Virus record (IMG/VR): IMGVR_UViG_3300002835_000015
Span: 1 to 64,000 of that record
Source: a virus
DNA: 64,000 nt
Strand: one strand, 5' to 3'
Positions 40,901 through 49,400 of the stretch are shown here, one piece after another (within the stretch, counting starts at the first letter, position 1; every line of letters begins with the position of its first letter). A program made the translations under genes and the position numbers. Under the pieces are notes generated by a model. The model was not told the DNA's origin and ran no database searches. It worked only from the letters and a program-made list of their open reading frames with translations.

Positions 40901-41920
40901 GAGTCTTTAATCAAGGGAGATGTTGAAGATTTCTTTAAGAAACAATCTGCTGTTGGTGCTACTGCCGCTATAGCAAGCGGAGATAGTAGATTACAAAACT
41001 TTTATGGTGCTGATGCTCTTGGGATGGCATATCAAGATATTCAACGTCAACAAGATGCTGGCGTCCAAGAATTATATGGTCAACAACTCGCTGGCCCCGG
41101 CGGTTTAACAGAAGCTGCCGCTGGTTCTGCTCTATCAGCAAGAGGTGTAACTGATATGAGAGCAGCACAAGTAATGGCTGGAACAACAGCCGAAGAAGAA
41201 GCTAGTAAATCAAGGCTTCGTGAGCTAGGCGGAATGTTAGGAGAAACTGGACAAGTTGGAACAGAAATAGCAGAAATGCAAGTAAAAACATCCGTTGTTA
41301 ATTTAACAGCAGCACAAGTTACATTTGACAAAACTATGGAAAGGGGCAATGAAAAAGCTAAAGAAGCTCAAGCAATAGAAAATCAACGAGCAATGTCTAG
41401 GGGTGGCGTTGTATATGCAAGTCGTGGTATATTTGTACCCAGAGGGACTGACACTGTTCCAGCCATGTTAACACCGGGTGAATTTGTAGTTAATAGAGGC
41501 GCAGTCCAACGTGGTAATAATTTACAACTGCTACACGCAATGAATAACAATAACAGCGTAGGGGCTGTTAGCTCAGATGGTAGTGCCGTTGGTATGGCAA
41601 GAGGTGGTAGGGTTCAATACTTTTCTGAAGGTGGACAAGCTGGCGGTGGCGGATTCTTCTCTGGAATGTTTGATGGATTATCAAAGTTCGCTACCACGTT
41701 TGGTGCTGAAATATCTTCAGCCGTAGAAAAACTTAAAGGAATTAATATAAGTATTAAATTAGACTCTACAAATGTCAATGTTAACTTAAATGATGGAGGG
41801 TTATTAAAAGCCCTTACTGGCGAAGTTCAAACAAAGATATTTGAGTCTATAGAGTCACAGTTTAGAGTAGTAGAGGGTGGAAAACTAAAAAGAGATAGTA
41901 AGGTCTTAGGAAATAGATAA
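34997..41920 (+). CDS. Tail tape measure protein with internal cargo domains, 2307 aa
   Basis: N-terminal TP901-type tape measure core (FERQLIKVSQVTG...TRESAESIGTGLRTIFTRI), Ala-rich helices, a hydrophobic block at about 38495-39180, and three DTVPAxLxPGEFV modules. Confidence 0.9.
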   Translation: MSKFVLTAQLQLQAPNNVKQVVQQIQTQLNGVSVNIQVQNAGQAQKQIQQVAQATNQATTAAERMGKAFALSIRRFAAFSIATRAVGLFTSTLGDAVQASIDFERQLIKVSQVTGKSIGQLRGLTKQITDLSTGFGVASSDLLNVSTILAQAGLSAEDTSAALRTLAKAALAPNFDSITETAEGAIAILAQFGQGVGALEKQLGSINAVAGAFAVEASDLIDVVRRTGGVFKSSGGNLNELLALFTSVRATTRESAESIGTGLRTIFTRIQRPKTIEYLKQFGVELTDLDGKFVGPYEAIKRLSEALAGLGDGDVTFIRIAEELGGFRQIGKVLPLLQQFSTAQSALNVAMKAGDSLTQDAASAQAALAVRIMKVKEEFLALIRSITETSTFQIMANTALSLASALIKIGDSIKPLLPMLAALATFRLAKGLGGFFGGMMSGAASGRTYNKGGKVLGFARGGLVPGTGNGDTVPAMLAPGEFVIRKSSVNKMGAGRLAAMNENRYAAGGITKAKQMGMSTADVLSSSRASIKSPRFSRESSVGIATTSYLPQPASSNISIDRDSDVINQVIGGVGYSLSSKFGPKNSLEAIQSLFKGKKNFAFGATIEGVGRDEESQFANIINQSISTAIDTSANRFATEVMKTSPPGSVKKLSSFYNTLDQGFRGQLFENTISALAGKPLSGQDSRRPFDFTRGIGKFRSIYGNLGMDYIDAKITKSSAGLGTTGLLTSPGEDALKSKVSGQLALESLPFIQSIIGSAKKRYFGGLIQKFAEGGEVLERGTQKYLISDVVKGMRELQGNSALSEKDAIALFNSKDARGDFIYTNFGGPGSVKLPKWMGTYRPQSAAYGAFQKAQADKQNRISDAMRRQGKSMRDYETRREFATGGGVGTDTVPALLTPGEFVVNRKSAQRIGYGSLNRMNKVGKYANGGVVQHFAAGSSGSGVKAPGDLAASGARVTDAIMGKLSPKDAALVKDSMKKNSDTFDKLTKEMQDLLFMEEEVTAAYKALARALKSGVSAEEAHRQALAAADAQLNAGKGGTGIPASSSGVLREASMTAEAEDAKARTKVGQYKSETGPLGRTFATEQEKNVALLENKAKKGQVTAEDLGKGLGDGLSQSQAKAIAATNAQAIASQKAAQSNMTEAAASDKAAKADAAEAVSSSKASGMDFGNVAMGLSMVSGTIQSMLPPLDENASLLTQMSHGVLGVITTITGLAFAASAFGITLNASTVASMASTAASFLMGTAGAAASTATLTLAGSATLAAAGTTGFAAAAFTAAAGLLTAMAPFIAAAVAVAGPLLLIVGIAYAVTKAFNFMIGAFYDKSKELKKATEEGKVQEASKLAGQQYDLEAANSTRALYGTMGAGIGAFFGGPFGALIGAAIGNLGGTLLAYIAPDFTEGINVLFGGNTRASAVALAAAQAGAVKTQKSLDEAQKIAAKAMDDFKNGTISASDALAKIRAKSGEAASQVGRAASLAKENSKNRSTGALSYGRETMAYLSLGYVDSAKERNDKLSTQNVEQINNASKQQQEAFNVESPARQAAIRSGLARGGNAKDIRTQAMGSLRSQREEALKTAQSAAKSGDDTTYDAAIAQAKQIADQMEQVDKEIENIEKEVKRQKELYNAMNLGLRSAVATATALSANMNNFSAGLEVGGSAFVNDVEFLQQAMSSSAQAMDPAEIQNAVKGVSDNLRQFGSSEQYIKKFEGNVAAFTQAQAGYNTAFNNIKKSMSDADFKNLSPDDLKKKFAEELTKGMGPDVSEDAKKNLKSVIEGMELDTGEVDKILAGDLSVFGDKLSESQKKMLEDVQKIAAERAKAEQVLIDFTKKRIDAERNLVQAQQEALDLTMEGREIQGKYGGKAVTGQERRNNLLAKSNAESGRLGLTNMRTGSIGELRQRNTEIKNSFAAIEAKRSQKGGMSGKSGVEADETQKDLQKAYKTQIDTIRGLIKLEEEQLKITQEKNKLEKDSMESLIKGDVEDFFKKQSAVGATAAIASGDSRLQNFYGADALGMAYQDIQRQQDAGVQELYGQQLAGPGGLTEAAAGSALSARGVTDMRAAQVMAGTTAEEEASKSRLRELGGMLGETGQVGTEIAEMQVKTSVVNLTAAQVTFDKTMERGNEKAKEAQAIENQRAMSRGGVVYASRGIFVPRGTDTVPAMLTPGEFVVNRGAVQRGNNLQLLHAMNNNNSVGAVSSDGSAVGMARGGRVQYFSEGGQAGGGGFFSGMFDGLSKFATTFGAEISSAVEKLKGINISIKLDSTNVNVNLNDGGLLKALTGEVQTKIFESIESQFRVVEGGKLKRDSKVLGNR

Positions 41921-44900
41921 TGACTTGTTCTTCATGCGTTATAAATACTAATACTGTATTGCTTTCAGATAGTAAATTATCTGCTAAGATTTCCTCTGTT
42001 AGCAATGGTGCGTCATCAAGAATTTCATCCACATCTGCATTAAGAGAAAATGTTAGTGTATACCGAAATTTTTCAGCGAGACTATCATCTGTATGTTCTA
42101 TCGCTCCGAAAGAAAATGTAGATTTTTCTCTAAAAAAAGATCTATCTCAATCAGCTGTTGGAAATATATCATCTTACACTTCAGCACTTCTAGCTATTAA
42201 TCAAAAACTATTTGGATCTGGAAGTCTTAAGACAAAGAAACCAGACAAGTTCGCTGGATATAAACCCAGCTTTAGGGCTTCTGAAAAACTATATCCAATT
42301 CAAGATATATCTTTCAAAAGCAAACCATCAAATCAAAATATAACTGTATATAAAATTGAGAATAATATTATAAGATCTACTGCGATTTACTCTAGTATAG
42401 ATGACGGGGTTTTCACTCAAGACTATGTGGACAATGGAAAAGTTGGCTCTATTATATCAGATGATTCACAATCTTTTGGCTTTACTTATAGAGTTTTTGC
42501 TAGCGGGGATATAGAATATAAATTTGCTGTTACAACACCTCTTTCTGTCGCAAAGTTAAGTTATTTAGCAGTTAGGGCTTCAGCACCTTTCAGTAGCTAT
42601 ATCAACAAAAAGCCAGAACAGTATAGGCTATATGATATAAAGTTTGAAGACCCAAATGGAAAATTGATAATTCAATATGAAGACATTCTTATTCGCGGAG
42701 AGGGTGAGTCACAATTTACCACTTATATATCTAAACCTCTAATAAATAATTTGTTATTACCAACTTGGGACGCAAATTATCCATCAATGGATATTTCTGG
42801 ACCATATACACTAAGAACTAGTTTTGCATATGATTGTAGTTCTTCTCCATTTAATGTCAATTTTGATTCTGGATATGAACAAACATGTATAATTAATTCA
42901 AATGTTTTAAATCCAAATCCATTTATTGGTTTAAATATCTCTGCCTTAGAAATTGGCAATAGTGGCGGGGTTGGTATACAGAAAGATAATTATCTAAACT
43001 TTTTCACCCAAGTAAGATCAAAGTCTGAGCGTACTAAAAAAATAGTATTGCCTAACCAATTATTACTTACTGACTTCAATAATAAGATATATCCAGAAGC
43101 CAGCAGCGTGTGGAGAACCCCAGATGGCATTTATACAAATACCACCGATTTACAATCTAATGCATTGCTTCAAAAAGTACAAAGCACTAATGTAGATTAT
43201 GGAGATTATATTAATCTTATTTATTCTACCCCTAGTATCGATAGTGGAAGACTAGTTTTGAGATTTGGAACCAATCGGGATAGGATGAATACCTATACTG
43301 ATGGAGCATTCAACTTTGGCGGGAATAAAAGTTTTAATGATGCTATACTTTCAGAATATCAATATGAAGATTATTTTGATGTAGACTACGTTGAACTTAA
43401 AGTAATAGCTAAGAAAAATGCAAATAGTCCCGATTACCCAATAGACGTTGTAGGCTATAGTGATGATAAATTATTGTATGGCACTTCCCCAATTGGTGGA
43501 TTTTTACAGAATGGTGGTACACTAGGATTTAATGAAAACAATGTGCCAAATGTATCTGGATATAATACCTTTAACTTTGGTATGTCTAATAGCTCCCTAT
43601 CTGATCAATCCGAATACTTTAGCAATGACATATCCCCACTTGGTGATCACTATATAATTAACAACTCGGTTGTTGTAAACAGCACAAGCTTTAAAGAGTA
43701 TATAGTACCACTAGAGATTTATTCTGATCCAAGAAAGCTAGGAAATACCAGATATTCTCTTAGTCCATATTTTGAAAATTTATATGTAGACATTTGCCCA
43801 ATACCAAGCGGGGCTTCCATTGCGCATGTTAGTTTGATTTTGTACTATAAGCCCGCCAATGCTCTTTCAATGCATACTCTTGGTAGTCCATCTGATAAAA
43901 ATGCTACTAGAAAAAATATAACACTATTACCATCTTTAAGTGGAACTATTAGTAATCCTAATCTTTCTGGTGGTTCTATAGTTGGATTTACTAATCCATC
44001 TAATTTAAACACAAATTATTCAAGAAGATGGAGGGGAAACACTGGAGAAATAATAATAGGTGGTGATTTTAAGAAGATGGAATTTGATTTCTCGTTTAAT
44101 CATAAGCAAGCAAATAGTCCCTTCTTGAACACTTATATTGATTTTAATAACAAGGTTACCGATAGTAATATATACTCTGACGATGGTGCTTTGGTAGCTC
44201 AACTATCTAATGGCAATGTATCAAGCCATTTACTGTCTAATGTTGGCTGGAGATATTCTTCAGAGCAGCTATTTGGTAGCGTAAGTACTCCATATAAATC
44301 AATCAAATGGGCTAACAATATCGATGACACCTTTGATAAAGCCTTAAGATTATCTGGATCTTCAAGATATTTAAAAGTTTTTTCTACTCCATCCAACAAT
44401 TCATTTTGTATCTTTTTAAGATTTACTCCAGATTATGCAACAAGTTTTCAAACAAAGAACTTACTAGAAGTAGTTTCTCCATCAAATTTAGCCTCCCCCA
44501 AGCTAGTACTATCATATAATAGTGGATCTGATTTGAGACTTGCTACTAATAGTGCTATTATAAATGCAACATCATTTTTTAATCAAAAGTTTCCATTGTC
44601 TTTATTAATTACATATAATGACGATGGAACAAATAGATTAAAGATGTATATTAATAATTCATCAGATGTATATATATCGACACAAGTAAATAACCTTTTT
44701 GCTGGCGATGAAATAATTACTGTAGGAAATTCTATGCCTAGTACCTTCCTTGATCTTCCTATTTTCTTGCATGAATTTGGAATTTCAAAAGATAGTTGCA
44801 ATATAGTAGAGTCTAATCCAGATAGATCTAAAAATCAAATTTCTGTATCTGAATTTTTTGATTCATATAATGTTCCCGCCTCCTATATTGATGATGATAT

Positions 44901-46410
44901 ATCTCAGTGGAAATTAGGAGCTTTTAAGGTTTGTCAATTCTCACCAGATTTCGATTTTTTTACTAAAAGAATTGGTAAGGACTTTATAACATTCAACTTG
45001 AGTCATAACGGATCTGGATATTATCAAACAACAAATCTTACTTTACCAAACAATATAAATCTATCCGGGGTAGCTTATCACACTCAAATTGAAAATGACT
45101 TTTTGAGATTTGATCTATCAGATATACCACAAGTTGATCAAGATAGATTCTTTGCTATTTCTCCTAGAATATCTAAAAATTTGCCCAAGGGATATAATTT
45201 TTATGATCAAGCACTATGTGTTGATACTATCTTAGAGCATGATACATACAATAATATCATGTGGTCAAATGGAAAAGTTGGCCCCAAATTCATCGTCAGT
45301 TTATATGCTAAAACTCAAGACTCACTTGAAAGACCAAGTAAACAATTTGGACTAGTAAATAGATCAATACATCACTTAGAACCTTCTGGGTGTGTAAGGA
45401 AAATTACTAGTAAATTTACATTCGATGACATTTTAGATACGTCTGAACCTTGGGCTTCTTTTGATGTTGAGTCTTATTCAAAAGAATTTAAAGAAAAATA
45501 TTTTCTTAATGATATAAATCAGATGTTTTTACAATATGATTTGGTTTATCCTTCTGGTGAACAATTCTCATCTAAAATTAAAATTCATAGTTCTAACATA
45601 AGATCAGATAATGCAATATATTTAAGCGCAACAAAAGATGACACAATGCCTTTATATGTAAGTGGATCACCATACCAGTTTGCATTTTTAAACCTTTTTG
45701 CCCCAGAAAATGGTACATCTATTAATGGTGGATATTTTAATTTGTATGCCAATTCAAACCCACCAGTACAAATACATGAGAGCGGACTAAAACTTTTTGT
45801 TGATAGTAGTGGATATTTTGTTAATCCAGAAATCTGCAACTTGTATACTATAGCAAATGGATCTCTTGATACATCCCAACAAACATTTTCTAGCATGTTT
45901 GGATCAAGTCCAATTAATGGCTTAAATTTATTTGTTAGTGGAAAATTCATTAGAGAAGATGTGATGCCGCTTCATGCAATAGGAAGCGGCTATTATGCAG
46001 ACAATTCATTAAATTGTATGACATTTGGACCGGTGGGATCAGAATTTATAAATGAACAACTACCAATGAGGGTGCGTGGAATAAGTCAGTCTTTTAATGC
46101 CTACCCCTCTTCAGTAATGTCACTCCATACATTTAATGATCAACAGATTATTAATAATTCTAGTTCATCTTTTAATCTGTTTTTATCAGCTTTTAATGCT
46201 ACAATATTTGATACTTCCGGCAATTTACCGCTAATTACTCTAAATTATCCAATATCGGACTCATTAGCATCTAAAAGTGCCACAATCACATGGGACAGTA
46301 ATAATGTCGGTCAGGGTATAACATCTGTAGATAATGTCTATGCTTATGTTGATGCGGATGATAACATAAGAGGAGTCAATTTGGCCTGTTACGGAGACTG
46401 CAACACATGA
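41920..46410 (+). CDS. Large tail-tip/baseplate protein with a LamG-like domain and C-terminal short beta repeats
   Basis: Follows the tape measure. FCIFLRFTP...LLITYN...LKMYIN..ITVGN..LHEFGIS LamG-like pattern, then repeated [ML][NP]L[FY]xxG units. Confidence 0.55.
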   Translation: MTCSSCVINTNTVLLSDSKLSAKISSVSNGASSRISSTSALRENVSVYRNFSARLSSVCSIAPKENVDFSLKKDLSQSAVGNISSYTSALLAINQKLFGSGSLKTKKPDKFAGYKPSFRASEKLYPIQDISFKSKPSNQNITVYKIENNIIRSTAIYSSIDDGVFTQDYVDNGKVGSIISDDSQSFGFTYRVFASGDIEYKFAVTTPLSVAKLSYLAVRASAPFSSYINKKPEQYRLYDIKFEDPNGKLIIQYEDILIRGEGESQFTTYISKPLINNLLLPTWDANYPSMDISGPYTLRTSFAYDCSSSPFNVNFDSGYEQTCIINSNVLNPNPFIGLNISALEIGNSGGVGIQKDNYLNFFTQVRSKSERTKKIVLPNQLLLTDFNNKIYPEASSVWRTPDGIYTNTTDLQSNALLQKVQSTNVDYGDYINLIYSTPSIDSGRLVLRFGTNRDRMNTYTDGAFNFGGNKSFNDAILSEYQYEDYFDVDYVELKVIAKKNANSPDYPIDVVGYSDDKLLYGTSPIGGFLQNGGTLGFNENNVPNVSGYNTFNFGMSNSSLSDQSEYFSNDISPLGDHYIINNSVVVNSTSFKEYIVPLEIYSDPRKLGNTRYSLSPYFENLYVDICPIPSGASIAHVSLILYYKPANALSMHTLGSPSDKNATRKNITLLPSLSGTISNPNLSGGSIVGFTNPSNLNTNYSRRWRGNTGEIIIGGDFKKMEFDFSFNHKQANSPFLNTYIDFNNKVTDSNIYSDDGALVAQLSNGNVSSHLLSNVGWRYSSEQLFGSVSTPYKSIKWANNIDDTFDKALRLSGSSRYLKVFSTPSNNSFCIFLRFTPDYATSFQTKNLLEVVSPSNLASPKLVLSYNSGSDLRLATNSAIINATSFFNQKFPLSLLITYNDDGTNRLKMYINNSSDVYISTQVNNLFAGDEIITVGNSMPSTFLDLPIFLHEFGISKDSCNIVESNPDRSKNQISVSEFFDSYNVPASYIDDDISQWKLGAFKVCQFSPDFDFFTKRIGKDFITFNLSHNGSGYYQTTNLTLPNNINLSGVAYHTQIENDFLRFDLSDIPQVDQDRFFAISPRISKNLPKGYNFYDQALCVDTILEHDTYNNIMWSNGKVGPKFIVSLYAKTQDSLERPSKQFGLVNRSIHHLEPSGCVRKITSKFTFDDILDTSEPWASFDVESYSKEFKEKYFLNDINQMFLQYDLVYPSGEQFSSKIKIHSSNIRSDNAIYLSATKDDTMPLYVSGSPYQFAFLNLFAPENGTSINGGYFNLYANSNPPVQIHESGLKLFVDSSGYFVNPEICNLYTIANGSLDTSQQTFSSMFGSSPINGLNLFVSGKFIREDVMPLHAIGSGYYADNSLNCMTFGPVGSEFINEQLPMRVRGISQSFNAYPSSVMSLHTFNDQQIINNSSSSFNLFLSAFNATIFDTSGNLPLITLNYPISDSLASKSATITWDSNNVGQGITSVDNVYAYVDADDNIRGVNLACYGDCNT

Positions 46411-49400
46411 ATCGTTGTACAGAAGCTATAGTGGATATTCACGGCATTAGGTGGTATTATCCAGAAATTTGTGTAGACGGTGGCGTATTTAGAGCTAAAA
46501 ATACATATACCAACTTGACATTTCCAAGCGGTTCATTTAAGCATACTCTCACTTCTGTCAATTATATAAGTACAGAAGATGGATTATCTGTTTCTACAGA
46601 AGATAACAATCCTATTCGTACTGAATTACTTGATGTAAGTTACAACCCCATGCCATATAGTGGTCATTTCTATGGGATTAGAAAATATACAGGACTAGCC
46701 CCAAATTTGCCATATACAATTAACATAACGGGCAAGTCTGGATCATCTAGCGCAATAAATATTCCAACAGAAATTATAGAGATGGAATATAACAAAAATG
46801 AAAATTATGGAATTACTAATGACTATGCCGGTTTTAGATTAGCTGATAATATTGAGAGTAGTGGACAGTTTGGTAAATCAATAGCTTCTAAAAGTGATTT
46901 ACTAGCCATTGGGTGTCCCAAGTTATCTATAACATCGCAAAATATAACTTACAAAGACGCTGGTTCTGTTTTCTTATATAGAAGAAATCCTAGACCTTTT
47001 ACTATTGATTGGCCAATAAACAATTATAAATCTGATTGGGTTTTAGAAACACAGCTTACTCTTCCGTCTGGATTCATTGGAGATTATTACAAAAAAGAAG
47101 AAGTGGGGATTGGTGGATTATCATCAGATTTTAAAGGTATCAGAACTTCATGGTTTGTTGGACAAAACGGAAGGCAATTCGGACATTCTTTAGATCTATC
47201 AGTAAATAATAGCAGAAAATCACTTGGCGAAAATAAGCAAGAAATTCTTGTTGTTGGCGGCGTTGGTGCTAAATGGGATAGAACCTTTGAGGAAATACCA
47301 ATATCTGGAGTGTCCGTTGGATTATTTATTTTTACTGATGAATTTGAAAGTGTTATTCCAGCACCAGTGCCTGATAATCCATTAAGAAAAATAACATATC
47401 AAGATATACTATTACATATATATGGTAAAGATGAGGTATTTTATTATTTTTCTGACCCAAGGGTGAAATTTGATGTTAAAATAATGATTTGTGTGCCAAC
47501 GCTAGGATTAGATGCAGACGATCCAGTATTCCCCGACAAACCAGATTTCATAACTTTAAAACGTATAAGTAAAAACTATGGTTATCCGGTATCAGAAGAA
47601 TCTATTTCTGGTACTTTAGATGGTATAAGATCAGCTTTTTTAGAGGCTTTTCCATATTCGAACAATTTGAACAGTGGTATTCCTCCGATGATAGGAATGT
47701 GTATTGATGGCAGTCTTTCCATGGGCGGTAGAGAAGCTTTAGAGCCAGCGATTGATAGATTTATTGATTTTTACAAAAGTTATAGTTTTGCCAGTGGCCT
47801 TAAGGATTTTTATAATGTTCCATCATCTGGCTTTGTTTATGAAATAATATCCGAAAACTCTGATAGCAACTGGATTAATATGTCTAAGTCTATCTTAAAT
47901 GAGGTATTAGATACTGGCAATTTATTCAAAAATGATCAAGTAAGATTTTTTTCCAACAGTGTTGGAACATTCAATGGAAATGATAAAGATTTCAACATTC
48001 CTCCAGATAGTGGCGGTAAAGTATTCATCTTTGAAAAAGAGAGTGGATGCTGGAATTTAATACAAGCCATAAATTCACCAAATGTAACCCGTGAATATAA
48101 TGATAGATTTGGTCATGATGTTGCAATTAGTGATAATGGCGAAGTTATTGTTATAGGATCACCTTATATCAATCAAGCTGTTATGGCCTATGAAAGAAAT
48201 TATGCGGCTAGAGATATGTTCTATTATGGGCTTCCAGCGTGGATACAATCCAATCGTTCAGAAAAATATGCAATACCATTAGAAAAATATTACAAATCAC
48301 CTTCCAGATTAGATGATATAAAAGCTCTTTATTTATCTATAGATCAAGATGATAAATTTCAATCTAGACTAGATATGGGGATAGAAGAATATCAAAATAT
48401 ATATACATATGAACATAGCTCAATGCAACCGGTAGGATCATGGTCATTCATAGCCGCTGAACATGCTCCAACACCCAGACTTGGTTATAGTGTGGCTACT
48501 AATGAGGATGGTAGTGTTATTGTAGCTGGTGCGCCAACCGATAGTTTAAATTTTTACAACGATGCAGATGTATATTATGCATATAACTCTAGCTTCAAAG
48601 GTAAATATTATGGAACTGGATATGTTGATCCAAGTGGACTTATAACTGGTCCAGTAAACTCATCGTGGTCTTCTAGTTTATATGCTGGATCTGCTCATGT
48701 ATTTGAATCTAGAAAATATTATCCACATAATCGCGCTATTGAGTACGGTAGATTTGGAAACCTACATGAAAATATTAGCAATAACACAGCCGACTCTGGA
48801 CATTTTCATTATATATCACAAATTTTTTCTGATAAAAACTTTACTAAGACTGATTTTGATAACTCTGAAATTCCGAATGATGCGGGTTTAGTTTTTATTA
48901 TTACCCCAGCAGTAAATGCGTTGAGTGATGAAGTTGTAAATAATATCAAGAATTGGTTAGCACTTGGTGATAGAAATTTAGTTCTTGTGGCAAATGATCC
49001 TATATGGGAAGCAAGTGGGATTTACGGTAAGTCTAATGAAATTTTAAATAATTTGTTGGACAGGCTTCAGTCTAGGATGAGGATAGTTCCAGCAAGAAAT
49101 CACTATGAATCGCTGCCAAGTGGATATACATCATTCAACAATATTGTTCCATCAGTTATTCCACAGGGATCTACATATACTTATGTTAATAGATCACCAG
49201 CAAGGGCGAGCGGCGTTGCAGATATAAAAGTATTTTTTAGTTATGATGAGCAAATGTCTTGCAAACCAGTTCCGGGTTGTAGTTTAGAATTGGAGTCGCA
49301 GCAAATTCAAACACGATGCGAAATGCCACTAAGAAATTATGGAGATTTAAGAGCATCTTGGAATGAGTTGTGCTGTAAATCAACACCAAATGGTACATTG

